A program made the position numbers and the translations under genes. The notes beneath the pieces are model-generated. The model saw only the letters and a list, made by a program, of their open reading frames with translations. It did not search any database and was not told the DNA's origin. This document shows positions 49,916 to 60,170 of a stretch of 64,000 nucleotides of DNA, piece by piece (the first letter of the stretch is position 1; every line of letters starts with the position of its first letter). Origin of the DNA: an uncultured Geobacter sp. (lineage in GTDB: Bacteria; Desulfobacterota; Desulfuromonadia; Geobacterales; CAIOGM01); the NCBI GenBank assembly GCA_903902855.1, contig CAIUWK010000102.1, positions 21,496 to 85,495 of the forward strand, read 5' to 3'.

Positions 49916-50938
49916 CCCCTCAAGCCCCTGGTTTTCGGGAAAACCGTTCATGATGTTCATGTTCTGCACCGCCTGCCCCGCAGCCCCCTTCACCAGGTTG
50001 TCGATGGCGGCGACAATGACGACCCGCCCGGTACGCCGATCCACGGTAAGGCCGATATCACAGCAGTTGGAACCCTTCACATAGGCCGTGGAGGGGAAGC
50101 TCCCTTCCGGAAGAACCCGGACAAACTCCTCCCCGCAGTAGAACTCCCGGTAGAGCGCCAGCAGCTCCGTGGTGGAGTGACTCCCCTTGAGATCGGCATA
50201 GATGGTGGCAAGGATACCCCGGTCCATGGGAACCAGGTGCGGCGTGAAGGAGATGGTAAGGGGTTGCCCGGCCAGGAGCGACAGCTCCTGCTCGATTTCC
50301 GGCAGGTGCCGGTGTACCCCCCCCACGGCATACGCCTTGAAGCCGTCATTCACCTCGCAGTAGAGGTTCTCCACCTTGGCTCCCCGCCCCGCACCGCTGG
50401 CCCCGGACTTGGCGTCCACAATGATCCGCTCCGGATGAATGATCCCCTGCTTCAGGAGCGGCGCCAGCCCCAAGATGCTGCAGGTGGGATAGCAGCCGGG
50501 ATTCCCCACCAGATCCGCCTGAGCAATCTTCTCCCGCCGGAGCTCCGGCAGACCGTAGACCGCCCGGCTCAGCAGTTCCGGGCTCAGATGAGGTTCGTAC
50601 CACGCCTCATAGAGCGCGGGATCATGAAACCGGTAGTCGGCGGAGAGGTCCACCACCCGCTTCCCCAGCCGGATGAAGGTGGGGACCACCTCCATGGCCG
50701 CCTTGTGAGGGAGGGCCGTGAAAATAAAATCCGCCCGGTCGGCGATCCGGACCGGTTCCAGGTTTTCCAGAATCTGATGGTAACGGTTGCGCAGTGTGGG
50801 GAAGAGCTCGGCCACCGGCTTCCCCGCACTCTGTTCCGAGGTGACGCAGGTGACCGCCACCTGGGGATGGGAATGAAGTATCCGGAGGAGTTCCACCCCG
50901 GTGTACCCGCTGGCTCCGACTACGGCAACATGCAGCAT
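49898..50938 (-). CDS. argC: N-acetyl-gamma-glutamyl-phosphate reductase
   Basis: 'VVGASGYTG','DLSADYR','NPGCYPT','SGASGAG','[17 protein letters not shown]'. Confidence 0.97.
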   Translation of the reverse strand: MLHVAVVGASGYTGVELLRILHSHPQVAVTCVTSEQSAGKPVAELFPTLRNRYHQILENLEPVRIADRADFIFTALPHKAAMEVVPTFIRLGKRVVDLSADYRFHDPALYEAWYEPHLSPELLSRAVYGLPELRREKIAQADLVGNPGCYPTCSILGLAPLLKQGIIHPERIIVDAKSGASGAGRGAKVENLYCEVNDGFKAYAVGGVHRHLPEIEQELSLLAGQPLTISFTPHLVPMDRGILATIYADLKGSHSTTELLALYREFYCGEEFVRVLPEGSFPSTAYVKGSNCCDIGLTVDRRTGRVVIVAAIDNLVKGAAGQAVQNMNIMNGFPENQGLEGLALFP

Positions 50939-50974
50939 CTGTCAACCTCCGGTAGAATCAGGTTAAGGTTAAAG

Positions 50975-51099
50975 GTAACGACTCAGGTTGATGGCTGAAG
51001 ACTATTAGGAAAACCTCCGCAAAATCAATAAAGACGACCCATACGAGACGGCTTCTACCTTCTGCCTTCAGTCTTCAGCCTCAATACCTGAGTAGTTAC
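50975..51099. repeat. Long imperfect inverted repeat between rpsI and argC
   Basis: GTAACGACTCAGGTTGATGGCTGAAGACT (50975-51003) pairs with AGTCTTCAGCCTCAATACCTGAGTAGTTAC (51070-51099). Confidence 0.7.
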
Positions 51100-51109
51100 G
51101 GTTAAAGAT

Positions 51110-51145
51110 AAAAAAAAGGGAAAACCCTTGCGGATTCTCCCCTTC
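51110..51145 (-). terminator. Probable intrinsic terminator after rpsI
   Basis: Minus strand AAGGGGAGAATCC-GCAA-GGGTTTTCCCTT followed by a T run. Confidence 0.65.
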
Positions 51146-51166
51146 TTCACGACCAGACGATAAAGC

Positions 51167-51559
51167 CTAGCGTTTGGAGAACTGGAAGCTTCTTCGGGCT
51201 GCCGCCTTGCCGTACTTCTTCCGTTCCTTGACCCGGGAATCACGGGTGATGAAGCCGGCTTTCTTGAGGGTACCGCGCAGGGACTCTTCACAATCCAGGA
51301 GCGCCTTGGTGATGCCGTGCTTGATAGCGCCGGCCTGACCCATGTCCCCCCCCCCTGCAACAGTCACCATGATGTCGAACTTGTCCAGATTCTCGGTGAG
51401 CTCCAGCGGCTGCTTGACGATCATCTTGGAGGTTTCCCGGCCGAAGTACTCGTCCAGGCTCTTCTTGTTGACGGTGATGGCGCCGGTGCCCGGAGTTAAC
51501 CAGACGCGGGCGATGGAGGATTTCCGTTTGCCGGTTCCGTAATACTGAACTGCTGCCAT
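51167..51559 (-). CDS. rpsI: 30S ribosomal protein S9
   Basis: 'YGTGKRK','GGG..GQAGA','[13 protein letters not shown]','FQFSKR'. Confidence 0.98.
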   Translation of the reverse strand: MAAVQYYGTGKRKSSIARVWLTPGTGAITVNKKSLDEYFGRETSKMIVKQPLELTENLDKFDIMVTVAGGGDMGQAGAIKHGITKALLDCEESLRGTLKKAGFITRDSRVKERKKYGKAAARRSFQFSKR

Positions 51560-51589
51560 GGTTCTATCTCCTGAGCGTGGTATGCGTGA

Positions 51590-52018
51590 TTAGACGTCGA
51601 GCGGTTTCGGCTGCTGAGCTTGATGGGGGTGAGTCGGCCCCACATAGACCTTGAGCTTGCTGATCATGTGGCGGGCAAGCTTGTTTTTGGGAAGCATCCC
51701 CTTCACAGCCTTCCGAATCACCTGCTCCACATCCTTTTCGATGAGTTTTCCGGCGCTGATGGACTTGAGTCCCCCGGGAAATTCGGAGTGCCGGTAGTAC
51801 ATCTTGTCGGTGAGTTTTTTGCCGGTGAGGGCAATCTTATCCGCGTTGAGCACGATCACAAAATCCCCGGTATCGACGCTGGGGGTAAAGATCGGTTTGT
51901 TCTTGCCGCGCAGGACGTTGGCGATCTGGGTGGCTACCCGGCCGAGAACCTTGTTCTCAACATCCACCACGTACCAGTCACGGGAAACTTCATTCTTTTT
52001 AGCAACTTGCGTTTTCAT
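51590..52018 (-). CDS. rplM: 50S ribosomal protein L13
   Basis: 'WYVVD','LGRVA','LRGKNKP','DTGDFVIV','AVKGMLPK','HPHQAQQP'. Confidence 0.98.
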   Translation of the reverse strand: MKTQVAKKNEVSRDWYVVDVENKVLGRVATQIANVLRGKNKPIFTPSVDTGDFVIVLNADKIALTGKKLTDKMYYRHSEFPGGLKSISAGKLIEKDVEQVIRKAVKGMLPKNKLARHMISKLKVYVGPTHPHQAQQPKPLDV

Positions 52019-52069
52019 TACACCCTCACAACCAGATTGATGAATGGATAGCGGTTTCCGAAAGTGCTA

Positions 52070-52098
52070 AAAATAGGAGAAATTTGCACACAAGTCAA
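52070..52098 (-). promoter_or_regulatory. Sigma-70 promoter of rplM-rpsI
   Basis: Minus strand TTGACT - 17 nt - TATTTT. Confidence 0.55.
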
Positions 52099-52223
52099 GG
52101 TAAAAATTCCGTTCACCTCTATTACGGCGGTTATCCGTGGCGCAAATCCCGTGATCGCTCCCCTCTGCGGCAAGGGATTGATACAGCTTCCACGCAATGA
52201 TCGTTCCCATCCGTGTAAGGGAT

Positions 52224-52253
52224 TTGACACTGACGCCGATTTATGGTTACTAT
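52224..52253 (+). promoter_or_regulatory. Sigma-70 promoter of nadA
   Basis: TTGACA - 18 nt - TACTAT. Confidence 0.5.
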
Positions 52254-52299
52254 TCTCGGCACTAGATCGTCAGGACTTTATTCCAGTGAAGGACAGACC

Positions 52300-53217
52300 A
52301 TGTACCAGGAAGAGCTCAAACGTGAAATTCGGGAACTGCTCCGCTCGCGCAACGGAGTATTGCTGGCCCACAACTACATGCGGGACGAGGTTCAGGAGAT
52401 TGCCGACATCACCGGCGATTCCCTGGCGCTCTCCCAGGAGGCCGCCGCCACCACCGCGGACGTCATCGTCTTCTGCGGGGTCCATTTCATGGCGGAATCC
52501 GCCTCCATCCTTGCCCCGGAAAAAACGGTCCTCCTTCCCCGCCTGGACGCCGGCTGTCCCATGGCGGACATGGTCACCCCGGAAGGGTTGCGTGACCTGA
52601 AGGCCCGCCATCCCGGAGTTCCGGTGGTCACCTATGTGAACTCCACCGCTGCGGTCAAGGCCGAAAGCGACATCTGCTGTACCTCGGCCAATGCCGTCCA
52701 GGTGGTCAACTCCCTTCCCAACGATGAAATCATCTTCGTTCCCGACCGGAACCTGGGACGGTATGTGGCCCGCTTTTCTCCCAAAACCTTCCACTTCTGG
52801 GAGGGATTTTGCCCTACCCACGAGCGGATGAAGGCCGACACCGTCAGGGAACTCAAGTCGGCACACCCCGACGCCCTCTTCGTCTGTCATCCCGAGTGCG
52901 CCCCCGAGGTGGTGGCTCTGGCCGATCATGTCTGTTCCACCTCCGGCATGTACGACTGGTGCCGCAGAAGTCCAGCCCAACGGTTCATCATCGGCACCGA
53001 GGCCGGGATACTCTACCGTCTGCGCCGAGAGAGTCCGGACAAGGAGTTCATCCTGGCCACCCCGGCCCTGATCTGCCCTAACATGAAGCTGACCTCGCTG
53101 GAGGACATCCTCCTCTCGCTGCAGAGCATGTCACCGGTGGTAAAGGTCCCGGAAGAACTCCGTCTGCGAGCAAAACTGGCGCTAGACCGGATGCTGGCGG
53201 TACCGAGAGACGTATAA
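52300..53217 (+). CDS. nadA: Quinolinate synthase
   Basis: 'LAHNY','GDSLAL','FCGVHFMAE','AGCPMA','YVNS','CTSANA','HPEC','CPNMK'. Confidence 0.97.
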   Translation: MYQEELKREIRELLRSRNGVLLAHNYMRDEVQEIADITGDSLALSQEAAATTADVIVFCGVHFMAESASILAPEKTVLLPRLDAGCPMADMVTPEGLRDLKARHPGVPVVTYVNSTAAVKAESDICCTSANAVQVVNSLPNDEIIFVPDRNLGRYVARFSPKTFHFWEGFCPTHERMKADTVRELKSAHPDALFVCHPECAPEVVALADHVCSTSGMYDWCRRSPAQRFIIGTEAGILYRLRRESPDKEFILATPALICPNMKLTSLEDILLSLQSMSPVVKVPEELRLRAKLALDRMLAVPRDV

Positions 53218-53220
53218 AAC

Positions 53221-53332
53221 CTGTGAATGGTGAATAGTGAATGGTGAATAAATCAATGTTCTTACGCCCGGCACTTTTCACCTTGCACGCCTTTCCGAGC
53301 ACTTTTCACCATTCACCATTCACCTTTCACAG
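53221..53332. repeat. Inverted heptanucleotide arrays (GTGAATG)n ... (CATTCAC)n
   Basis: CTGTGAATGGTGAATAGTGAATGGTGAA ... TTCACCATTCACCATTCACCTTTCACAG. Confidence 0.85.
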
Positions 53333-53340
53333 GGGGTAGC

Positions 53341-53868
53341 ATGATTCGTCCGTTTCACGGTGTTCATCCCGCCATCGATGCCACGGCCTTCGTGGCTGAG
53401 ACCGCCGTCATCATCGGCCAGGTCTCCATGGGGCCTCAGAGCAGCATCTGGTACAACTGTGTGGCCCGGGGTGATGTTAACTTCATCACCATCGGCGCCC
53501 GCAGCAATATCCAGGACCTCTCCATGCTCCACGTCACCCATAAGAAACATGCCGACGACCCCGGCGCGCCGCTCATCATCGGCGACGACGTCACCATCGG
53601 CCACAGCGTCACCCTTCACGGCTGCACCATCGAAGACGGGGTCTTTGTGGGGATGCAGGCCATGATCATGGACAAGGCGGTCATCGGCCAGGGGGCGCTC
53701 ATCGGGGCCCGGGCACTGGTCACCGAGGGAACCATCGTCCCCCCCCATACCCTCTGGATCGGGGCGCCGGCCAAGTACAAGCGCGACCTCACCCCGGACG
53801 AACGGGCGTGGCTCCTCCGTTCCGCCGGCAACTACGTCCGATACGCCGAAGAGTACATGAACGATTGA
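53341..53868 (+). CDS. Gamma carbonic anhydrase family (YrdA-like)
   Basis: Hexapeptide repeats, 'RGDVN.I.IG..SNIQD','VTIGHSVTLHGC','GAPAK'. Confidence 0.93.
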   Translation: MIRPFHGVHPAIDATAFVAETAVIIGQVSMGPQSSIWYNCVARGDVNFITIGARSNIQDLSMLHVTHKKHADDPGAPLIIGDDVTIGHSVTLHGCTIEDGVFVGMQAMIMDKAVIGQGALIGARALVTEGTIVPPHTLWIGAPAKYKRDLTPDERAWLLRSAGNYVRYAEEYMND

Positions 53869-53895
53869 TTATTACTTTTTTACGGATCACATCCC

Positions 53896-55458
53896 ATGTT
53901 CGACTCCCCTACCCTATCCAGCCCCACGGAACCCACCGTTTCCGAGAGAAAACGGACCGAAGAGACCCTCAGCTCCCAGGCGGAACTGCTCGATCTCACC
54001 CATGACAGCATCATGATGCATGACTTGGACGACCGGATCATCTTCTGGAACCGCGGCGCGGAACAGATCTTCGGCTGGAGCCGGGAAGAAGCGGTGGGAA
54101 GAGTCCACTCGACCCTCCTGAAAGCCGTCTTCCCCGTGGAACGCCGGCTCATCCATGAGCAACTCATGGCAACCGGTCGCTGGGAAGGGGAACTTTTCCA
54201 GACCCGACGTGACGGACGGAGCCTGACCGTGGCCAGCCGCTGGGCGGTACAGCAGGATAGCACCGGCGCCCCCATGGCAATCCTGGTGACCAGCAACGAT
54301 ATCACCCAGCGCAAGCATCTGGAAGAAGAGCTCTTCAAGGCGCAGAAACTGGAGTCCATCGGACTCCTGGCAGGAGGTATCGCCCATGATTTCAATAATC
54401 TGCTCACAGCCATCCTGGGGAACATCACCCTTGCCCGCCGCGCCTCGCCCCGTGAGGGGGAATCCGCCCTCCTCCTTGCCGAAGCGGAAAAGGGGTGCAT
54501 GAACGCCAAGAGCCTGACCAACCAGCTCCTGACCTTTGCCAAGGGGGGCACCCCCATCCGGACGGCTGCCCGGATAGGAGCCTTGGTCCGGGAGACCGCC
54601 GGATTCATCCTGAGAGGCTCACCGGTCACCTGCACGTTCGACATCCCCCATGACCTCCCGCCGGTGGAGATCGACGGGGGACAGATCAGCCAGGTACTGC
54701 AGAATATTATCATGAATGCCGTGCAGGCCATGCCGACGCCGGGAACGGTCATAATCTCGGCGGAGCACCTCACTCCGGCCAACGAAGACCCGACCCTGGT
54801 TGCCGGACGAGAGTACGTCAGAATCTCCATCCGTGACCAAGGTATCGGCATCCCTGAAGAAGAACTCTCCCGGATCTTTGATCCGTTTTTCACCACCAAG
54901 GAGAACGGCACCGGTCTGGGGCTCGCCTCCGCCTACTCCATCATGACGCAGCACGAAGGGCGGATCCGGGTGGAATCCCGGCCGGGGGAGGGCACGACCT
55001 TTCATCTGTTCCTTCCCGCATCCCACTGCGCGCCAGTACCTGATATATGCAAAAAATCCCTCTGGAACGCCCCTCCCGAGTCGGCCCGGATCCTTGTCAT
55101 GGATGATGACCGAAAAATAAGAATGGTGTTGGAGCGGTTTCTGAAGAGTATCGGCTACGATACCGTCTCAGTGTGTGACGGCCGGGATGCGGTCACGCGC
55201 TACCAGGAGGAGCGGACGGCAGGCGCCCCCTTCCATGCGGTCATCATGGATCTTACCGTACCGGGAGGGATGGGGGGGAGAGAGGCCATGGAGCAGCTCC
55301 TCAAGATCGACCCAACGGTGACGGCCATTGTCTCCAGCGGTTACTCCGATGATCCGGTCATGGCCGATTACCGTAAATTCGGCTTCCAGGCAGTCCTGGC
55401 CAAGCCGTACCAGCTGCACGACCTGGAGCAGATGGTACGTCGGATCATGGCAACGTGA
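53896..55458 (+). CDS. Cytoplasmic PAS-domain hybrid histidine kinase with C-terminal receiver
   Basis: PAS 'FWNRGAEQIFGW', 'GGIAHDFNNLL','NAVQAM','GTGLGL', REC 'ILVMDDD','IMDLTVPG'. Confidence 0.92.
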   Translation: MFDSPTLSSPTEPTVSERKRTEETLSSQAELLDLTHDSIMMHDLDDRIIFWNRGAEQIFGWSREEAVGRVHSTLLKAVFPVERRLIHEQLMATGRWEGELFQTRRDGRSLTVASRWAVQQDSTGAPMAILVTSNDITQRKHLEEELFKAQKLESIGLLAGGIAHDFNNLLTAILGNITLARRASPREGESALLLAEAEKGCMNAKSLTNQLLTFAKGGTPIRTAARIGALVRETAGFILRGSPVTCTFDIPHDLPPVEIDGGQISQVLQNIIMNAVQAMPTPGTVIISAEHLTPANEDPTLVAGREYVRISIRDQGIGIPEEELSRIFDPFFTTKENGTGLGLASAYSIMTQHEGRIRVESRPGEGTTFHLFLPASHCAPVPDICKKSLWNAPPESARILVMDDDRKIRMVLERFLKSIGYDTVSVCDGRDAVTRYQEERTAGAPFHAVIMDLTVPGGMGGREAMEQLLKIDPTVTAIVSSGYSDDPVMADYRKFGFQAVLAKPYQLHDLEQMVRRIMAT

Positions 55459-56027
55459 TCGGGGATACCGGTCGAAACTCTTCACCCTCTCTCCACGCCC
55501 GGCTGAAAAACTACCGGCAGCTCATCTCCCGTGTGGATGAGCTCTGCCAAGGGATTGAAAAACAATTTCACTCCGCCATCGCCTGCAGCGACGGCTGTGA
55601 CGGCTGCTGCCGTCATCTGTCGCTCTTCCCCGTGGAGGGCATAGCCCTGGCAGCGGCACTCCGGGATTTGCCGCCGGCTGAGCGCCGACATCTTCAGGAA
55701 CGTGCCCGCACAACTCTCCCCACCGACCCCTGCCCCCTTCTGGGACAGCACCACTGCCTCATGTATCAGGCCCGCCCTCTCATCTGCCGCACCCACGGTC
55801 TGCCGCTGCTGATGAATCGAGATGGCGAACGACGGGTTGATTACTGTCCGCTCAATTTCAGAGGGCTCACCACCCTCCCCGGAGCGGCGGTCATCCACCT
55901 GGACCGACTCAACGAGACCCTTGTGGCGGTAAATCTTCGTTTCATGAGCGACTCGGCGGCCACCTCCCCTTGGCCGGAGCGGCTCACCGTCGCCCAAGCA
56001 CTCCTTCTGAAAATGCCTCATCCCTGA
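55455..56027 (+). CDS. YkgJ family cysteine-cluster protein
   Basis: 'CSDGCDGCC','CPLL','CLMYQARPLICR','CPLNF'. Confidence 0.88.
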   Translation: MIGDTGRNSSPSLHARLKNYRQLISRVDELCQGIEKQFHSAIACSDGCDGCCRHLSLFPVEGIALAAALRDLPPAERRHLQERARTTLPTDPCPLLGQHHCLMYQARPLICRTHGLPLLMNRDGERRVDYCPLNFRGLTTLPGAAVIHLDRLNETLVAVNLRFMSDSAATSPWPERLTVAQALLLKMPHP

Positions 56028-56065
56028 TTTTTATCGAGATAGCGGCCTCCCTGTTGCCGAATCGG

Positions 56066-56095
56066 TTGACTCAACAGCCAGAGTCCGGCTATAAT
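56066..56095 (+). promoter_or_regulatory. Sigma-70 promoter of the cytochrome gene
   Basis: TTGACT - 18 nt - TATAAT; a CTGTTG...CAACAG inverted repeat (56051-56077) brackets the -35 box. Confidence 0.55.
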
Positions 56096-56146
56096 CCCGG
56101 CCACTCGATTTTCACCAACGGTGTCATCCACAGTCAAGGAGGAATC

Positions 56147-57052
56147 ATGAAAAAACCGTCACACCTGAGGGGGCTACTGCTCCTCGTCCCCGGCCTGCTG
56201 CTTGCCGCAGCCACGGCCTTCGCCGCGACCCCCGCGACCCCCGCACCTGCCGCGGCAAAACTCTCTCTCGGCAACAGCGATTGCGTCAAGTGCCATGCGG
56301 CCCAACCGGCAGACATTGCCGCTGCGGGTGGGAAGCACAAGAGCGAAATCGGCTGTACCGACTGCCACACCGGGCATCGGCCGTCATCGGCCAAGAACAT
56401 CCCCGACTGCAACAACTGCCACTCGGGCAAACCCCATTACACGACCCCGAACTGCCTGAACTGTCACAAAAACCCCCACACCCCGCTGGCCATAACCTTT
56501 ACCGGCAGCCTTACCGACCCCTGCCTTAGCTGCCACACCACACAGATCACCCAACTGAAAGAAAACAAGAGCAAGCATACCCTTCTGGCCTGCACCATCT
56601 GCCATCGTGCCCACCGGCAGATCCCCCAGTGTGTTCAGTGCCACAAGCCCCACTCGGCCGAGATGACCGCTGCCGACTGCAAACAGTGCCACAAACCCCA
56701 CATGCCCAAGGCAGTCACCTACGCCGCCACCATCGCCAACAAGGCGTGCGCCTCCTGCCATCAGAAGGCGTTCACCCTCCTCTCCGCCAGCAAGGCCAAG
56801 CACGGCAAACTTGCCTGCGCCTTCTGTCACAAAGAGAAGCATAAGACCGTCCCCAAATGTCAGGATTGCCACGGCACACCCCACCCGGCCGGTATGATGG
56901 CCAAATTCGGCAAGTGCGGCGACTGCCACGGCATAGCCCACGACATCAACAACTTCCAGGAAGCAGAGAAGAACGTGGCGCCGAAAGCAGTAGAGGCACC
57001 CAAGAAGGAAGCGCCGACGAAGGAAGCACCAAAGAAGGGCAAAAAACGGTAA
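56147..57052 (+). CDS. Periplasmic 12-heme c-type cytochrome
   Basis: AGGAGG RBS, signal peptide, 12 CxxCH motifs counted in three 4-heme units, K/A/P/E-rich tail. Confidence 0.95.
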   Translation: MKKPSHLRGLLLLVPGLLLAAATAFAATPATPAPAAAKLSLGNSDCVKCHAAQPADIAAAGGKHKSEIGCTDCHTGHRPSSAKNIPDCNNCHSGKPHYTTPNCLNCHKNPHTPLAITFTGSLTDPCLSCHTTQITQLKENKSKHTLLACTICHRAHRQIPQCVQCHKPHSAEMTAADCKQCHKPHMPKAVTYAATIANKACASCHQKAFTLLSASKAKHGKLACAFCHKEKHKTVPKCQDCHGTPHPAGMMAKFGKCGDCHGIAHDINNFQEAEKNVAPKAVEAPKKEAPTKEAPKKGKKR

Positions 57053-57079
57053 CGTAACCTGCACTGACAACTAAACAAG

Positions 57080-57116
57080 AGGGGGGCCTGTCCAAAGACA
57101 GGCCCCCCTTCTTTGT
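57080..57116. terminator. Intrinsic terminator between convergent genes
   Basis: AGGGGGGCCTGTC-caaa-GACAGGCCCCCCT followed by TCTTTGT. Confidence 0.85.
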
Positions 57117-57153
57117 TCATGTATAGCCTCTCTGCAGATGGTCGGCTTCGAAT

Positions 57154-59277
57154 CTATCGAAACTTTATCAGGCCGGTTTGCCAGGCGTAGAGGGCCAGAA
57201 AGGCCAGAAGCAAGAGTAACAAGCAGCCTTTCCAGTGACTCTTCTGTTCGGCAAAGGGATCGGCCAGGGACTGCGTCGCCCCTTCAGGGAGTCGGGCCAG
57301 ATCGGTGAGCGACCGACCAAAGGGGATGTTCAGTTTGGCCCGGGCGTTTACCGCCCACCCGTTGGCATCCAGGAGCGGCCCCAGATTGCGCTGGCGAAGC
57401 TTGAACCAGGCGATACTCATGGCCGGCCCGGAGATGATGAACACCATGGTGGCCAGGGCCAGAGGCATCTGCCACCAGGCAAGCTTGAAAAACCCGGTAA
57501 CCAGGGAAGCGACGGCGGTGCCGATGGCGCCGATGGCCAGACCGATGGCGGCAAATATTCCCGCAAAACGGGCGGCATCGTAGGCAGGTGGCGGGACCGA
57601 CTTCGAGGCGCCGCCTTGTATCACGGAGAGCGCGGCCCTCTCTTCCGTCGCCCTGGAGCGGGCCGCGGCCCCTTTCTGGATCATCTCCCCCACGGAGCGG
57701 GCAACCCGCTTGTAGGGTCCCCAGAACGCCTGGCGGATGCTGATGGGATGATCCACGATCCGGACCACCGTGGCGTTCCAGTCTCTCCCCTGCCGGTCGT
57801 AAAAAAGACCGTTACGCCCCACCATGATCTGGTCCGAATCCCCCGCCGTCATGGCGGCGGCGATGGTCATCTTCTCGCGTCCCCCGCTTCTGACGCAGTC
57901 ACAGTAGACGAGAAAGAGCCGGCTTAGGGTGGCCAGGGCAGCATGTTTGGCGCTATCCGTCACGGAGACGCAGAGCTCGCAACTCCGGCTGTCCAGATAG
58001 AGGGTACCGACCTGAAAAATAGCCTTGCCTCGACGGGAATAGAAATCCCGGAACGAGACGTAGTTGTTGACCAGAGAAGAGATATCACGGCAGTAGCGGG
58101 CCAGTCGCTCCACCTCCACGATGGCTTCCACCTCGTCCCGCAACGCCAGATCCTCAGCCACCAGCGCCCGGAGCGCACGCTCTACGCCGGCATCTTCCCA
58201 GAGCCGAAGCCGGCGGCTTCCCATACGCGCCACCGGGCTCTCCACCCTGCGGTGCCACCACTCCTCCAGAGGAGCAAGGTCGGCCTTGACCGCCTCCCAG
58301 CGGGTGGCACAGAGGAGCCGTTGCTCGCCGGAGAGCGGGACGATCTCCCGGAAAAACCGGTGAATCCGTTCTCCCCAGGCCGGGTTTATCCCATGATCCG
58401 GATCAAGGGTGCCGGTTGCGGTGACCGCCGCCAGGGGGAGAGCGCCAATGGCCTCTCCCTGCTGCATGAGATCTTTTCCGACCAAGGCCAGGATCTCCGT
58501 TTCCGGTCCGTTGAGGGTGGCAGTGGCCCGCTCGTCGTAGGCGGCCAGACAACAGCGGAGAAAGTAATCATCGATCTTCCCCTTGAGGTCGCTCCAGAGA
58601 CGGGCGATCTCTTCCCGGTCCGGAACCGGCCCCCCCATGGCCGGAAACTGCTCCGCCTCCCCCTGCCAGGCCAGCCACGCCGCCGTCTCCGCGGCAAACC
58701 GCTCTATTTTCGGCAGGGTGATCCCCGGCTCACCGCTCCGGTCCGTCTCCCCCCCGTAGCACTCCATGATGGCGGCGATCCACTCCCTCAACGATCCGTC
58801 GTCGGTGGAGGCCGCCGTGATGACGCCGTCCCCGTTGAAGGGGGTCTGGGCAAAGATCTTTTCGCTATCGCAGGTATCCTCAACGGTAACCCGGAGACTC
58901 TCTTCCTTCCCCAGGTTGGCCAGGATGGTTCGTGCCGAGGCCAGGAGTCGCCGCCCCTCACCCGTCTGGTCATTGATGGCGGCAAGGGGGAGCCCCTCGT
59001 CTCTCCCCAGCAGGGTATCGGGATTTTTCAGCCTGGCGCCGGCCCAGGCAAGCGCCGCCAGCAGTTCAGGAGCCCTGATCTGGCCGTCCTGATCCGTGTC
59101 CATCAGCTCCAGAGTTCTCCGGTCGAACGCGACCCCCTCCACCGGACAGCTCAGGGCTACCCAGAGTTTCTGATCCAGGGTAGCCAGAGCCAGCAACTCT
59201 TCCCCCGTTTCCAGGAGGAGCTGATCAAAACCTCCCGCCCGGAAAAAGTGCCATGAAGACCGTTGCGGTTCGGTCAT
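57154..59277 (-). CDS. Hypothetical 707-aa protein with EF-hand loop and C-terminal TM helices
   Basis: AAGGAGG RBS; 'DTDQDGQIRAPE' canonical EF loop; hydrophobic 'FAGIFAAIGLAIGAIG' and terminal TM. Confidence 0.8.
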   Translation of the reverse strand: MTEPQRSSWHFFRAGGFDQLLLETGEELLALATLDQKLWVALSCPVEGVAFDRRTLELMDTDQDGQIRAPELLAALAWAGARLKNPDTLLGRDEGLPLAAINDQTGEGRRLLASARTILANLGKEESLRVTVEDTCDSEKIFAQTPFNGDGVITAASTDDGSLREWIAAIMECYGGETDRSGEPGITLPKIERFAAETAAWLAWQGEAEQFPAMGGPVPDREEIARLWSDLKGKIDDYFLRCCLAAYDERATATLNGPETEILALVGKDLMQQGEAIGALPLAAVTATGTLDPDHGINPAWGERIHRFFREIVPLSGEQRLLCATRWEAVKADLAPLEEWWHRRVESPVARMGSRRLRLWEDAGVERALRALVAEDLALRDEVEAIVEVERLARYCRDISSLVNNYVSFRDFYSRRGKAIFQVGTLYLDSRSCELCVSVTDSAKHAALATLSRLFLVYCDCVRSGGREKMTIAAAMTAGDSDQIMVGRNGLFYDRQGRDWNATVVRIVDHPISIRQAFWGPYKRVARSVGEMIQKGAAARSRATEERAALSVIQGGASKSVPPPAYDAARFAGIFAAIGLAIGAIGTAVASLVTGFFKLAWWQMPLALATMVFIISGPAMSIAWFKLRQRNLGPLLDANGWAVNARAKLNIPFGRSLTDLARLPEGATQSLADPFAEQKSHWKGCLLLLLLAFLALYAWQTGLIKFR

Positions 59278-59325
59278 GGTCGTCTCCTCCTTCGACAGTG
59301 ACGTCTTATTTCCTCTGCCGCGGGA

Positions 59326-60156
59326 TTACCGGAAACAGTACCCCACGGAAAAAACCACCAAATCTCCGCTGGAATCCGGCTGATAATACCCCTTCACCGT
59401 GGGGGAGCGCCCGAATCGGAGCCCTTCATAGGTTACGGCAAAGCGGAAGGATTTGTTCCGAACCCCCAGCTCTCCACGGGGGGACCACTCTCCTTCAGGC
59501 GTGATGGTAAGGGTGCCGTAGTCGGGCACATCCACCTGATTGGAGGTATAGAAGGGATAGACCGCACCCCCTTCACCAAAGGCGCTCCACCCACCCCCCA
59601 GAGGAATTTCGTTCCAGCGCAACCCCAGACGCAGCGTCACATTCTGCCAGAATTCGGTGCTTCCCGAGACCTGGAACGGAACACCATTGCTGTCACGGGC
59701 ACTCCCCCCTTGAAGATCGCGCATCCATGCCCGATACTCCAGACCAACCAGGGGGCCGAATCGGGATGTCCGGAGAGGAATCGTCCACCCCAGGTCAATA
59801 CCGCCGCGTCCCCCCACGTACCCCACATCGGTGGTAAAGGGGCGTTTGTCTTTATTCGGGGTAACCGACTGGGTCTGTCCGTCATAGGAGACAACCCCGC
59901 CATACAGTTCCGTCACACCGGAGAGGATTAACGCCTGACCGGATGCGGCACGGAGCAGCTCCACCCTGATCCCACCGGCAACACCGAAGAGGGGCCCCTC
60001 TTCCCGGAGCAGACGCGCGCCTCCCCCCTGCTCTTCCCACTGAAAAAAAGAGATCGTGGGAGCCACGTAGAGCTCCCTTATTCCCCCTGATTCAGCGGCC
60101 AGAGCCGGGGTTGCGGTGGCAAGCCCGACAAACAGCAGCAGTCGCGCGAACCTCAT
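59326..60156 (-). CDS. Putative outer-membrane beta-barrel protein
   Basis: Signal peptide ending ALA, amphipathic strands, C-terminal 'FSVGYCFR'; start 60156 or 60171. Confidence 0.7.
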   Translation of the reverse strand: MRFARLLLFVGLATATPALAAESGGIRELYVAPTISFFQWEEQGGGARLLREEGPLFGVAGGIRVELLRAASGQALILSGVTELYGGVVSYDGQTQSVTPNKDKRPFTTDVGYVGGRGGIDLGWTIPLRTSRFGPLVGLEYRAWMRDLQGGSARDSNGVPFQVSGSTEFWQNVTLRLGLRWNEIPLGGGWSAFGEGGAVYPFYTSNQVDVPDYGTLTITPEGEWSPRGELGVRNKSFRFAVTYEGLRFGRSPTVKGYYQPDSSGDLVVFSVGYCFR

Positions 60157-60170
60157 GGAGCACCTCTTCA

